Assembly: GCA_944386115.1 (NCBI GenBank)
Contig: CALWZV010000001.1
Location: forward strand, 6,240 to 70,239
Length of the DNA stretch: 64,000 nt
Source: an uncultured Clostridia bacterium
GTDB lineage: Bacteria > Bacillota > Clostridia > TANB77 > CAG-508
Reading direction: 5' to 3'
Shown here: positions 10,946 through 22,234 of the stretch, piece after piece
Position numbering within the stretch: the stretch's first letter is position 1
How the letters are laid out: each line of letters opens with the position of its first letter
The notes under the pieces: generated by a model
Database searches by the model: none
What the model saw: only the letters and a program-made list of their open reading frames with translations
Told to the model about the DNA's origin: nothing
Position numbers and translations under genes: made by a program

Positions 10946-11047
10946 TGGATTATTATGATGTAAAATCACTTTCTTAAGTTTTATAAAATGGTAGATTTTT
11001 AAAATCCTTTATGATATAATTTTAGAAGTGAGAAAGGAAAGATAAAA

Positions 11048-12373
11048 ATGGCAAAACCAACAGTTGCAATAATAGGTAGACCAAATGTCGGAAAATCTAC
11101 TTTTTTTAATTATATAATAGGAAAAAGACTATCTATAGTTGAAGATACTCCAGGGGTTACTAGAGATAGAGTATATGCAGAAGCAACTTGGAGAGATAGA
11201 ACATTTAATTTAGTGGATACAGGTGGAATTGAGCCTGAAACAAAAGATGTGATTATATCTCAAATGAGAGAACAAGCTAATATTGCTATAAATATTGCTG
11301 ATGTTATAGTATTTGTAACAGATATAAAACAAGGAGTAACAGCATCTGATAAAGAAATCTCTATAATGTTAAAAAAATCTTTAAAACCAATAATTTTAGT
11401 ATGTAATAAGGCAGACAAGCCAGGGAAAACACCAGATGAAATATATGAGTTTTATAATCTAGGTCTAGGTACGCCTTATCCAGTTTCTAGTACAAATGCA
11501 TTGGGAATAGGTGATGTGCTAGATGCAATATATGAAAATTTACCTGGAAAAGAAGAGGAAAACATTGAAGATGAAATAATAAGAGTTGCTATAATTGGTA
11601 AACCAAATGTTGGTAAATCTTCATTATTAAATAAAATTTTAGGTGAAAATAGATCAATAGTAAGTGATATAGCAGGGACTACTAGAGATGCAATAGATTC
11701 TGAGTTTGAAAATGAATCAGGCAAGTATGTTTTTATAGATACAGCGGGTATAAGAAAAAAAAGTAAAATTGATGATTCAATAGAAAAGTTTAGTGTTATG
11801 AGATCAATGCTTGCAATAGAAAGAGCAGATGTTTGTTTAATAATGTTAGATGCTACAGTTGGGGTTACAGAGCAAGACACTAAAATTGCAGGAGAGGCAC
11901 ATGAAGCAGGAAAAGGAATTATAATTGTTGTAAATAAATGGGATGAAATAGAAAAAGATACAAAGACTATGAATGAATATAAAAAGAAGGTTTACAATAA
12001 ACTATCATATTTAACATATGCTCCAATTCTTTTTATATCTGCTAAAACTGGGCAGAGAGTAAATAAACTATTTGAACTTATAAAAATAGTTGCAAACCAA
12101 AATGCGATTAGAATTTCTACACCTGTTATAAATCAAGTTATAAATGAGGCAATCGCAATTACACAACCACCAACAGATAAAGGGAAAAGATTAAAAATTT
12201 TATATACAACCCAAGTTTCAACTAAACCACCAACATTTGTAATATTTGTAAATGATAAGAAATTATTTCACTTTTCATATGAAAGATATTTAATAAATCA
12301 AATAAGAAACAATTTCAATTTAATTGGAACACCAATAAGAGTAATTGCAAGAGAAAGAAAAGAGGAGGAATAA
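11048..12373 (+). CDS. der: Ribosome biogenesis GTPase Der (EngA)
   Basis: Two GTPase domains with G1 motifs GRPNVGKST and GKPNVGKSS, plus a KH-like C-terminus. Confidence 0.97.
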   Translation: MAKPTVAIIGRPNVGKSTFFNYIIGKRLSIVEDTPGVTRDRVYAEATWRDRTFNLVDTGGIEPETKDVIISQMREQANIAINIADVIVFVTDIKQGVTASDKEISIMLKKSLKPIILVCNKADKPGKTPDEIYEFYNLGLGTPYPVSSTNALGIGDVLDAIYENLPGKEEENIEDEIIRVAIIGKPNVGKSSLLNKILGENRSIVSDIAGTTRDAIDSEFENESGKYVFIDTAGIRKKSKIDDSIEKFSVMRSMLAIERADVCLIMLDATVGVTEQDTKIAGEAHEAGKGIIIVVNKWDEIEKDTKTMNEYKKKVYNKLSYLTYAPILFISAKTGQRVNKLFELIKIVANQNAIRISTPVINQVINEAIAITQPPTDKGKRLKILYTTQVSTKPPTFVIFVNDKKLFHFSYERYLINQIRNNFNLIGTPIRVIARERKEEE

Positions 12374-12376
12374 AAA

Positions 12377-13006
12377 ATGGTAGTATTGTACATAGTAGTA
12401 GGACTTATAGCATATCTTTTAGGAAGTATTAGTTTTTCAGTAATATTTAGCAAAAAATTTGCAGGATTTGATGTAAGAGATAAAGGAAGTAAAAATGCAG
12501 GTACAACTAATGTTTTAAGAACAGTTGGAAAAAAAGCAGCAGCTATAACTTTAATATGTGATATTTTAAAAGGAGTTGTTGCAATTTTAGTAGCTTTAAT
12601 AGCAAATAAACTTGTTGAAGGATCAAATGGAGAACTTTTAGTTCAAATTGCAGGAGTATTTGTTATATTAGGTCATACATTTCCAATATTTTTTGGATTT
12701 AGAGGTGGGAAAGGTATTGCAACAGCACTTGGAGTTTTGTTAATTACAAATTATCAAATAGGTCTTATATGTTTAGTTTTCGCATTAGTTATAATGCTAA
12801 TAACAAGAATCGTTTCAATAGGATCTATTTTAGCGGCAATATTATTTCCAATACTTACAATATTTATAAATGAGAATTACATAGTTGGAAATAACTATAT
12901 AATTTTTGGAATTTTAATAGCTTTGCTTGTTATATTTAATCACAGGGCAAATTTAAAGAGAATTCTATCTGGTACAGAGAATAAGTTGAGTTTTAAAAAG
13001 AAATAG
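12377..13006 (+). CDS. plsY: Glycerol-3-phosphate acyltransferase PlsY
   Basis: GSISFSVIFSK...GSKNAGTTNVLRT...GGKGIAT motifs in a polytopic membrane protein. Confidence 0.95.
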   Translation: MVVLYIVVGLIAYLLGSISFSVIFSKKFAGFDVRDKGSKNAGTTNVLRTVGKKAAAITLICDILKGVVAILVALIANKLVEGSNGELLVQIAGVFVILGHTFPIFFGFRGGKGIATALGVLLITNYQIGLICLVFALVIMLITRIVSIGSILAAILFPILTIFINENYIVGNNYIIFGILIALLVIFNHRANLKRILSGTENKLSFKKK

Positions 13007-13016
13007 GGGAGATAAT

Positions 13017-14000
13017 ATGCAAAATATAGCTATAATTGGAAGCGGAAGCTGGGGGATTGCATTAGCTGTTCATCTTGCAACACTTGGGAAAAGTGTTAAA
13101 ATCTGGTCGTTTTCAGAAGAAGAATGTGATATAATTAACAAACAAAGGAAATGTAAATTTTTACCTAACATAACAATTCCAGAAAATATATATTGCACAT
13201 TAAACTATGAGGATGCAATAGAAGGGTCAGAAATTGTATTACATGTTACACCATCTAAATTTGTAAGAGATACTGTAAAAGATTATAAAAAATATATAAC
13301 AGATCAACCAATAATAATGTGCTCAAAGGGATTTGAAAAAGAAACATTATATACATTGGATCAAGTACTTGAAGAAGAAATACCAAATGCAAAAATAGGT
13401 GTATTATCAGGACCAAGTCATGCAGAAGAGGTTTCTATAGGAATACCAACAGCTCTTGTAATAGCTTCTAAGGATGATAAGATTTTAAATGATATACAAA
13501 AAACATTTGCTAGTCCGAACTTAAGGGTATATACATCAAAAGATGTAAAGGCGGTTGAGCTAGGAGGAGCATTAAAAAATATAATTGCGTTTTGTGCTGG
13601 AATAGCAGCAGGCTTAGGCTTGGGAGACAATTCGTTTGCTGCACTCATAACTCGAGGTTTAGCTGAAATTTCAAGACTTGGTGTTGCAATGGGAGGAAAT
13701 TTAAATACTTTTTATGGATTAACAGGACTTGGAGACTTAATTGTAACATGTTTGAGTAATCATAGTAGAAATAGAAGAGCTGGTATTTTAATTGGGCAAG
13801 GAAAAACAATAAAAGAAACAAAAGATGAAATAGGAATGACAATAGAAAGCATAGATAATATAGAAGTAGCATACAAGTTAGCTAAGAAATACAATATAGA
13901 TATGCCTATTGTTGAAGTTGTATATGATGTTTTATTTAATGGATTAAATCCAAATGAAGGTGTAAATATATTAATGACAAGAAATTTAAGAGAAGAATAG
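13017..14000 (+). CDS. gpsA: NAD(P)H-dependent glycerol-3-phosphate dehydrogenase
   Basis: IAIIGSGSWGIALA Rossmann motif and GALKNIIAFCAGI. Position after plsY is conserved. Confidence 0.96.
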   Translation: MQNIAIIGSGSWGIALAVHLATLGKSVKIWSFSEEECDIINKQRKCKFLPNITIPENIYCTLNYEDAIEGSEIVLHVTPSKFVRDTVKDYKKYITDQPIIMCSKGFEKETLYTLDQVLEEEIPNAKIGVLSGPSHAEEVSIGIPTALVIASKDDKILNDIQKTFASPNLRVYTSKDVKAVELGGALKNIIAFCAGIAAGLGLGDNSFAALITRGLAEISRLGVAMGGNLNTFYGLTGLGDLIVTCLSNHSRNRRAGILIGQGKTIKETKDEIGMTIESIDNIEVAYKLAKKYNIDMPIVEVVYDVLFNGLNPNEGVNILMTRNLREE

Positions 14001-14010
14001 AAACTTATTT

Positions 14011-14041
14011 AAAGTATATGTGCAATACATATACTTTTTAA
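14011..14041. terminator. Bidirectional hairpin terminator between gpsA and the convergent ORF
   Basis: agtatatgt-gcaat-acatatact flanked by A-run and T-run. Confidence 0.7.
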
Positions 14042-14319
14042 TATGGATATCTTTCAAATAGATATTTGATGAGGTTATTAGCATTATTATTTGTAACATA
14101 TATATAATAACCTTTATCTAAGCTAATCCACATATTTAATTTATATTTATCGTTATTGTCTATAAAAACTCCTATTATATCAGCAATTTCAATTGGGTTT
14201 TCATAAGATTTTTCCCATTTTAATTTTTTATCTATTTTAATAGGTGTTTCAAAATAGTCATCTAAAAATTTTTGAATTTCACTAGAATCATTACTGTATA
14301 AACTTACAGAAGTACACAA
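14038..14319 (-). CDS. Hypothetical protein (93 aa, TTG start)
   Basis: GGAGGG RBS 6 nt before TTG. No recognisable motif. Confidence 0.45.
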   Translation of the reverse strand: MCTSVSLYSNDSSEIQKFLDDYFETPIKIDKKLKWEKSYENPIEIADIIGVFIDNNDKYKLNMWISLDKGYYIYVTNNNANNLIKYLFERYPY

Positions 14320-14392
14320 TTATATCCCTCCATATTTATTATGTATTGAATAAAAGGAAATTATTGGGTAATAATATTATAAAGGTGATATT

Positions 14393-15307
14393 ATGAAAAA
14401 AAATTTTGTACATGTAATAATATTATTAACAATTTTAACAACTTTATGTGTATTAACTGGATGTAAAAGTGATAATGAAGAAAATCTTTTAAATGATAAA
14501 ATAGAAAGTGAGTTGCTATATTTAGATTCTAAAATATTAAGTATGGCAAATACATTAAATAATATATCATTTCAAAATAATAAGATAACTACTAAATCAG
14601 TAGAACTTGAAAAACAGTCTTCTAGCACTACTGAAGGAGATGAAGATTCAGGAGGGGAAAGTAGTTCAAGTGGAAAAGGTGGAACTTCCGATTCTGGTAC
14701 ATCAGCTAGTAAAGGACAAGGAACTGGAGGAGAAGAGAATAGTATAAATATATATGAAATTGATAAAAATTTAATACTTAATTCAAGAAATAAAGAAATA
14801 GATTGGGATTTGTTAAAAGGAGAAATAGAAAATTTATATTCAACATGGGGGACTATAAGTTTAGATTTGAAACAAAGTAATGTAAATGAAGAAGATATAC
14901 AAAGCTTTAGTAAAGAATTAGATACTACAACAAAATCTATACAGGAAAACAATAAAGCTACAACACTTTCGAGTTTAACTAACCTTTATAGTTTAGTTAC
15001 CAATTATAAATCAAATGTTTTAACAGATGAGAACAAAAAAAATATAATGCTTACAAAAGAATGTGTTTTAAAAGCATATTCAGCTGTAGAAACAGATAAT
15101 TGGGATGAAGTAAAAAATCAAACAGAACAAGCAAAAGAGCATTTTTCAAAAGTAATTGATAATAAAGAAAATAGTAATATTAATTCATTTAATATAGATA
15201 AAACAAATGCTTTATTAGAGGAAATGAGTTCTTCCTTAGAACTAAAGGATAAAGACATATTTTATATAAAATATAGAAATCTTATGCAAGAATTAGATGT
15301 ATTTTAA
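14393..15307 (+). CDS. Hypothetical lipoprotein
   Basis: Signal peptide with lipobox LTGC. Contains a G/S/T-rich linker. Confidence 0.6.
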   Translation: MKKNFVHVIILLTILTTLCVLTGCKSDNEENLLNDKIESELLYLDSKILSMANTLNNISFQNNKITTKSVELEKQSSSTTEGDEDSGGESSSSGKGGTSDSGTSASKGQGTGGEENSINIYEIDKNLILNSRNKEIDWDLLKGEIENLYSTWGTISLDLKQSNVNEEDIQSFSKELDTTTKSIQENNKATTLSSLTNLYSLVTNYKSNVLTDENKKNIMLTKECVLKAYSAVETDNWDEVKNQTEQAKEHFSKVIDNKENSNINSFNIDKTNALLEEMSSSLELKDKDIFYIKYRNLMQELDVF

Positions 15308-15318
15308 TTAAAATACAT

Positions 15319-16548
15319 CTATAATATTACTAGTTTTTGTGTATAATCTAAATTCGCAAAAGATTGGTATTCATATCCGAGTGTATAAATATTAGTTGCT
15401 AAAATATCTATGCCAAGAAGTCTTTTTAAATCTTTATTATTACAATTATTCATAAAGTCTTTTACAGATGTTACTAAATTAATTTTCTTATTGAATTTAG
15501 TGATTTCTGAGAGAAGTTGTTTACCATTTGAATTCATACCAAGAACCCTAACATATGGCTGAGTTTTGTATGATAATAACATATCCTTTTTTGTGATTTC
15601 AAGTAAACAATATAATAGTATTCTTTGAATTCTAGTTTGAGTATATCTTTTAGATTTTACTATATTTACAAGCTCAACTAAATTATTACACATATTTGCA
15701 GCTGATTTTATACTATTTTCTAAACCTTCTCCAACATCTGGTAATTCTTTAATTTCAGATATAGAAAGTTTTCTGAAATTATAAATAATTTCTTTTTCAA
15801 AACTAGACAAGTCTAAAACAAAGTTTCCTTTTTTAATTTTATCATTAAGTAATTCATATATTTTAGATGGAACAACATCTTTAATAATTGATATATTCGA
15901 TTTTTGAATCATTTTTCTAATAGCCGTACTGCTAGAAAAACCGTCTACAACATTTTCATCATTATATCCAATTTTATTTCTTTTTATTGTAAATGGAGTA
16001 ATGTTACTTTTATATTTCTTTAATGACTTTAAATATTCTATTGCCAAAATGTTATTAGGACTAGATAAAATATTTGCATATTTTCTTATATCTTTTAGAT
16101 ACATTAATGCAGCATTTTCTCTAGCTTTGGGATAAGAAATCCCTTTTGAAAGCTCGTGATTTAATAATGATACATATTCTTTAGGTTCAGAGTAAAAGAC
16201 ATCTGCAATAGTTTCTAATAAATTAATATCACCAGACTCACTACCAAAAGAAATACTGTCAACAATTTGCAAAGAGTTTAAAATTTTAATTGCACCATCT
16301 GCAAAATTTTCTGCACTTGAAATGCTATAAATAGTAGGAAGTTCTAAAACTAAGTCAACTCCACCTAAAAGTGCCATTTCTGCTTTAGTCCATTTATCTA
16401 CAATAGACGTGTTTCCTCTTTGAACAAAGTTTCCACTTATAATTGCAATAGTATAATCAGAATGAGAAATCTTTTTTGATTCAATTAGATGATATAAGTG
16501 ACCATTGTGAAATGGATTGTATTCAGCGATAATACCAAGTACTCCCAA
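15319..16548 (-). CDS. tmcAL: tRNA(Met) cytidine acetate ligase (UPF0348/YlbM nucleotidyltransferase)
   Basis: GIIAEYNPFHNGHLYHL HIGH-like motif at the N-terminus. Preferred start is TTG 16548, 8 nt after AGGAGGG. The ORF-track ATG at 16599 is an in-frame alternative. Confidence 0.8.
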   Translation of the reverse strand: MGVLGIIAEYNPFHNGHLYHLIESKKISHSDYTIAIISGNFVQRGNTSIVDKWTKAEMALLGGVDLVLELPTIYSISSAENFADGAIKILNSLQIVDSISFGSESGDINLLETIADVFYSEPKEYVSLLNHELSKGISYPKARENAALMYLKDIRKYANILSSPNNILAIEYLKSLKKYKSNITPFTIKRNKIGYNDENVVDGFSSSTAIRKMIQKSNISIIKDVVPSKIYELLNDKIKKGNFVLDLSSFEKEIIYNFRKLSISEIKELPDVGEGLENSIKSAANMCNNLVELVNIVKSKRYTQTRIQRILLYCLLEITKKDMLLSYKTQPYVRVLGMNSNGKQLLSEITKFNKKINLVTSVKDFMNNCNNKDLKRLLGIDILATNIYTLGYEYQSFANLDYTQKLVIL

Positions 16549-16644
16549 ATTTAATTCCCTCCTATTTACAATATATATTTTATATTGATATAATATCATA
16601 AAAAATTACAAAATAAAAGTTTTGTAGAAAGGATTTTTAAAATT

Positions 16645-17082
16645 ATGCAAAAAGTAATAATATATACAGATGGAGCTTGCTCTGGAAATCCAGGTCCTGG
16701 TGGGTATGGCGCAATACTTATGTATGAAAATAATAAAAAAGAAATATCAGGTGGAAGTAAGCAAACTACAAATAATATAATGGAAATAACTGCTGTTGTT
16801 GAAGCATTAAAATTATTAAAATTTGCGTGTGATGTAGATGTTTATAGTGATAGTAGTTATGTTGTAAATGCAATAGAAAAAAAATGGATAGAAAAGTGGC
16901 AAAGAAATGGATGGAAAACATCTTCAAAAGAACCTGTAAAAAATAAAGAATTATGGGAAGAATTAGACTTGCTTATAAAAAAACATAATGTTAAATTTAT
17001 AAAAGTAAAAGGTCATAGTGATAATAAGTATAATAATAGATGTGATGAATTAGCAAGAAACGCTATAGAAGATTTTAAATAA
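16645..17082 (+). CDS. rnhA: Ribonuclease HI
   Basis: [20 protein letters not shown]...[10 protein letters not shown]...[16 protein letters not shown]. Confidence 0.93.
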   Translation: MQKVIIYTDGACSGNPGPGGYGAILMYENNKKEISGGSKQTTNNIMEITAVVEALKLLKFACDVDVYSDSSYVVNAIEKKWIEKWQRNGWKTSSKEPVKNKELWEELDLLIKKHNVKFIKVKGHSDNKYNNRCDELARNAIEDFK

Positions 17083-17140
17083 ATTGTATAAAAAGTCCAC
17101 CAAAGGAGAAAATAATAAAAAAGAGAAAAGGTGGATTTTT

Positions 17141-17825
17141 ATGAAGAAAAAGTTAAAGATTACAGTTGCACTTTTAATTATTATTTCTATATTTGTAACA
17201 TATAATGTGTTCTTTAGAGAGGACATAAACTCAAGTTATGCATTATCAAAATATGGCTCAAGAGGAGAAGAAGTAAAAACTATACAAACCAAATTAAAAA
17301 GATGGGGATATTATAATGGAAATATTGATGGAATATATGGAAGCCAAACATTAGCAGCTGTTAAATGGTTTCAATCTAAAAACGGTTTGCAGGTAGATGG
17401 AATTGCAGGAACTAAGACTTTAGAGGCAATGGGAATATTTAATAGCAGTAATTCTTCAAATACAACAAGTAATTCAAGTGATCTAAATTTACTGGCTAGA
17501 CTTATATATGCAGAAGCACGTGGAGAAAGCTATACAGGACAAGTTGCTGTTCGGAGCAGTTGTTTTAAACAGAATTAAACATTCTTCATTTCCAAATACA
17601 ATGGCTGGAGTTATTTATCAATCAGGAGCATTTAGTGTTGTAGATGATGGACAAATTAACTTAACACCAAATGAAACAGCAAAAAAAGCAGCGCAAGATG
17701 CATTAAATGGCTGGGATCCAACATATGGTGCAATATATTATTTTAATCCCAAAACGGCAACAAGCAGTTGGATTTGGTCAAGACCTGTTACAGTTGTAAT
17801 TGGAAATCATAGGTTTTGTAAATAG
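17141..17825 (+). CDS. SleB-like cell wall hydrolase with PG-binding domain. Needs a 1-nt frame advance at CGG 17552-17554.
   Basis: Signal/TM segment, PG_binding_1 repeat (YNGNIDGIYGSQTLAAVKWFQSKNGLQVDGIAG), then LARLIYAEARGESYTGQVAV | CGG | (G)AVVLNRIKHSSFPNTMAGVIYQSGAFSVV. The joined sequence matches the conserved SleB QVAVGAV(I/V)LNR motif. Confidence 0.8.
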
Positions 17826-17827
17826 AT

Positions 17828-19109
17828 TTATTTTACTTCAACAGGAATATCAGATTTTTTGTACTCTTCTGGTTTAAGACCTAGTCTTGTTTTCATATAT
17901 TTTATTAATAATATGAAAATAATTAAAAATGATATACTTAGTATAATCATGCAATAAGCTGTATTTGTTACAAGAAGAATTCGAGAGCTAATAAATGTTA
18001 TAATTGTACCAAATACAGCTTCTAATAAATTGTTTGCAGAATATATTTTATTTCTAATATCTGCTGTTGTAAAGCTACTTAAATATTTTCTATTTAATGT
18101 AAAGTATACTCCTTTTATAATATATTGGATAACATACATTGAAAGAATAATTATAATTGAATATGGAACTTTAATATTTAATACAACAACAATTCCACAA
18201 ATAAAAACAGAAATTACAGTATATATTGCAAATTTACCTAGCAATTTGTTTCTTAACTTTTTATGAAAATATTCTTGTTTAGATGAAGCAAACCCAGAGA
18301 AGATTCCAAGTATTGCAATTGTAATGCCAATGTATTGAGCTGGAAAATTGATATCTTGCAATAAACTTGTTCGAAGAGAAACTAGTAGATTTATAAATCC
18401 GTAAAACACACCACAAAATAGTAATAAACTTTTTAATCTATTAGATTTAAATATATAATTAAATGATCTTTTGAAGTTTTTAAAATAATTTTGATTTTTA
18501 GAATTGCTTTGTGTTTTATCTATAGGAATTTCTTTGAATTTTAAAGAAATTATTGCAGATATTGTGCAAAAGGTAAGACAAAGAATCATAGGCAAATATG
18601 GATTTATAACAAAAAGAAAACCGAGATAAACAAGAAGCAATTGCATCAAAATAATAATATAAAGAAGAACTTTTGCCATCTATTTTAGCAAAAGTTTCAC
18701 TTCTATTTTTTCCAGGTTCTATAGAACTATATAAAATATTAGATTCACAAATTCCTTTTATAACAAAGCCAATAGCTCCAAATAGTCTGCCTAAAATTAT
18801 TGTATAAATATTAGGTGATAATATTATTAATAAAATATATAATACAACACAAATATTTGCAAATATTAAACTTTTTCTATTGCCTAGCTTATCTGCAATT
18901 ATTGTTGCAAATGGCTGAAATATCAGTTTAAAAAATATGTATAAACTTTCAATAAAGATTACATCTGCAGGACTTAAACTTTTTACTGTTGTTAAAAACA
19001 TAAATAAAAGAGCATAAAAGAACAGCAAATCCCACCCCACCATTTTATATAAATAAAACCATTTTATATTTGAATTTCTTATATCTTTCAAGTTTTTTTC
19101 ATTAATCAT
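17828..19109 (-). CDS. MFS-type transporter. Needs a 1-nt frame advance at CGG 18621-18623.
   Basis: ORFs 18516..19109 and 17828..18679 overlap and both are polytopic. The join reads ...YYYFDAIASCLS | CGG | (G)FLFVINPYLPMIL. The zero frame degenerates and stops at 18516. Confidence 0.7.
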
Positions 19110-19230
19110 TTATAAAAATCCTTCCTAATAGATTTTATTAAAATCATTTTATATCAAGAATAATAATTTGTAAATAATATTTGACAAAACTAGATTATAT
19201 TGGTAATATAATTGTGCAAGGGGAGTTCAA

Positions 19231-19743
19231 ATGATTTTATATCCAAGATTATATATAGATAATGTTAGATGCATAAAAATAGATTTCCTAAATAAAAATA
19301 ATATAAAAGCTATTATTCTAGATATGGATAATACTATAATAGATTTGAGTAAAAATATTCCAGAAGGAACTAAAGAGTGGGTAGACTCTCTAAAAAAACA
19401 TGGAATTAAGTTTTGTATTGTGTCAAATAGTATTCACAAAGATAAGGTAATAAAGATTGCTAATGAACTGGGAATAGATGTTTTTATTCTTTTTGCTAAA
19501 AAACCTTTAAAAAGTGGGTTCAAAAAAGCTATGAAAATTTTAAACATTAAACCTTGTAACATCGCAGCAGTTGGTGATCAAATATTTACAGATGTAATAG
19601 GTGCAAACAGATGTGGCATGTATTCAATACTTGTAAAACCAATAGATAGAAAAGATATTTTAATAACCAAAATAAAAAGGCCTATAGAGAATTATATTAT
19701 AAATAAATATTTAAAAAAGAAAGGAAATAAAGATGTATTTTAA
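19231..19743 (+). CDS. YqeG-family HAD-IIIA phosphatase
   Basis: IKAIILDMDNTII (DxD motif), VSNS, GDQIFTDV. Confidence 0.8.
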   Translation: MILYPRLYIDNVRCIKIDFLNKNNIKAIILDMDNTIIDLSKNIPEGTKEWVDSLKKHGIKFCIVSNSIHKDKVIKIANELGIDVFILFAKKPLKSGFKKAMKILNIKPCNIAAVGDQIFTDVIGANRCGMYSILVKPIDRKDILITKIKRPIENYIINKYLKKKGNKDVF

Positions 19744-20482
19744 TGATATACATATATTAGTTTATGTTTTATTTGGCGTTTTGGGACTTGCAATTGGACA
19801 ATTTGTAGACTGGATGAATAAAAGATTGCCTGAACATGAGAGCATTTTTTCAAAAGATATATTTGATAGAAAAGTAAAAATAAAACCTAATTACATATTA
19901 ATGGTAATAACTGCAATAATATATATAGTATTATTGTATTTTATAGGAATTCAAAATGAAGTAATAGGAAATGTTAAGTTAATACTTTATTTAGTTTTAA
20001 CACCTATGTTATTATCTGCATTTGTAATAGATTATAAAATGCAAATAATTCCTAATAGATTAAATTTAGCTATGTTTGAAATTGGGCTAATAGCAGCTTT
20101 TATATATGGCTTAGATAATATAAATATTACAATCGATAGATTTTTGGGAATGTTTGCTGGTGCTGCAATTTTTGGCCTAATAACAGTAATTGGAGGTTTT
20201 ATTGCTGGAAAAGAAGCTATGGGATTAGGTGATGTTAAACTAATGGGAGCATTAGGAATATGTTTTGGACTTTATAATATAGTGATTATATCTGTAATAG
20301 CTTTTTTAGTAGGAGCAATACTTAGTATTATATTATTAGTAACAAAAATAAAAAAGACAGACGAATATATTCCATTTGGACCATTTATTGTTATTGCAAC
20401 ATTTATTACAATGCTAATTCCATTTAATACTTTATTAGGTATATTACTAACAGTTTTAACATTAGGATTTTATAAAATGTAA
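19733..20482 (+). CDS. A24-family prepilin peptidase
   Basis: Polytopic protein with GLGDVKLMGALG and FGPF motifs. Confidence 0.85.
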   Translation: MYFNDIHILVYVLFGVLGLAIGQFVDWMNKRLPEHESIFSKDIFDRKVKIKPNYILMVITAIIYIVLLYFIGIQNEVIGNVKLILYLVLTPMLLSAFVIDYKMQIIPNRLNLAMFEIGLIAAFIYGLDNINITIDRFLGMFAGAAIFGLITVIGGFIAGKEAMGLGDVKLMGALGICFGLYNIVIISVIAFLVGAILSIILLVTKIKKTDEYIPFGPFIVIATFITMLIPFNTLLGILLTVLTLGFYKM

Positions 20483-20496
20483 TAGGAGGTATTAAT

Positions 20497-21556
20497 ATGA
20501 ACGAAAAGTTAGAATACCTTAGAAAGAAAATAAGCATTTTATCAATTGATGGTATGATAATTAGTAATCCTATAAATATTAGATATCTAACTAATATAAA
20601 TGCAGAAGGAATGTTACTTATTACGAAAAAAGAAAATATTTATATAACTGATGGCAGATATGTAAATGAAGTAAATAGTATTATAACTGTTGATGACAAA
20701 ATAAGTGTAAGAGATAGAAGAGATATATCGAAATACGATTATGAAGCTTTTTTTGCATTATGTGAAATGGTAGGATTTGAAGAAGATTATGTAACATATA
20801 GACAATATAAAAAAATGTTAGAGCAGTTTCAAGTTGAGCTAGTAGAAACAGATGGAATAATTGAAAAATTAAGAGAAATAAAAGATAAAGATGAAATTGC
20901 AAAAATAGAAAAAGCATGTGAAATAACAGATAATTGTTTTACACATATTCAAAAGTTTATTAAAATACGGAATGACAGAAAAAGAGATTGCACTGGAAAT
21001 GGAAAAATATATGCTATTAAATGGAGCAGAAAAAATTGCATTCGAAACAATAGTAGGCTCTGGAGTAAATTCTGCAAATCCTCATGCAAAGCCAACAGAT
21101 AAAAGGGTTGAAGCAGGAGAACCAATTGTATTAGACTTTGGTTGTAGTTATAATGGTTATACATCAGATATGACTAGAACGATTTTTTTGAAATTTATGC
21201 CAGAAGAAATAAAACCGATTTATGATTTAGTATTATTAAACCAAGAAAATGCATTAGAACAAATGATAGAAAATGGAGATACAAAAAAAATTAGCAATCA
21301 AGTAGTTTTTAATTTCAAACAAAAAGGATATGAATTAATTCATGCATTAGGACATGGAGTTGGAATGGAAACACATGAAAAACCTTATATAACTAACAGG
21401 AGTGGTCAAATATTAAAGGAAAATATGGTTGTAACAGTAGAACCTGGTATATATATACCAAATAGATTTGGTGTAAGAATAGAAGATACTGTTTTGGTAA
21501 AAAAAGAAGAGCCAATATCTCTTACAAAATCTAAAAAAGACTATGTAATAATATAG
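20497..21556 (+). CDS. pepP: M24 Xaa-Pro aminopeptidase. Needs a 1-nt frame advance at CGG 20968-20970.
   Basis: ...EIAKIEKACEITDNCFTHIQKFIKI | CGG | (G)MTEKEIALEMEKYMLLNGAEKIAFETIVGSGVNSANPHAKPTD...DFGCSYNGYTSDMTRT...HGVGMETHE. ORF-track pieces are 20497..21102 and 20972..21556. Confidence 0.85.
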
Positions 21557-21655
21557 AACTATTGATTTTTAAACTAAAATAGAGTATAATACTATGTGTT
21601 AAAAATAAGAAGGGTAATATTTTAATTTATACCTTAGGAAGGAAGGATATTAGAA

Positions 21656-22222
21656 ATGGCAGAAGTATATATGGCAGGAGATGTAAGAAATGGAACTACT
21701 TTTGAAATGGATGGTTCTGTTTACAAAGTTGTTGAATTTCAACATGTAAAACCAGGAAAAGGAGCTGCTTTTGTTAGAACAAAATTAAAAAATGTTATAA
21801 ATGGTTCAGTATTAGAAAAAACATTTAATCCATCAGAAAAATTACAAGGTGCAGAAATTGAGAAAAGAGATATGCAATATTTGTATAATGACGGTGAACT
21901 TTATTATTTTATGGATAATAACACATATGAACAAATTCCTTTAAATAAAGAACAATTGGGGGATACTTTAAGATTTCTTAAAGAGAATATGTCTGTAAAA
22001 ATATTATCATTTAAAGGAAATGTTTTTGCAATAGAACCTCCTATATTTGTTGAATTGGAAGTTACATATACAGAACCTGGATTTAGTGGAAATACATCAA
22101 CAAGTGCAAATAAACCAGCTACATTAGAAACAGGAGCAACTATAAATGTTCCTTTGTTTGTAAACACTGGTGATATAATAAGAATTGATACTAGAACTGG
22201 TGAATATATGGAAAGAGTATAG
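21656..22222 (+). CDS. efp: Elongation factor P
   Basis: [34 protein letters not shown] (conserved KPGKG loop). Confidence 0.96.
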   Translation: MAEVYMAGDVRNGTTFEMDGSVYKVVEFQHVKPGKGAAFVRTKLKNVINGSVLEKTFNPSEKLQGAEIEKRDMQYLYNDGELYYFMDNNTYEQIPLNKEQLGDTLRFLKENMSVKILSFKGNVFAIEPPIFVELEVTYTEPGFSGNTSTSANKPATLETGATINVPLFVNTGDIIRIDTRTGEYMERV

Positions 22223-22234
22223 AAGGTGCATTTG

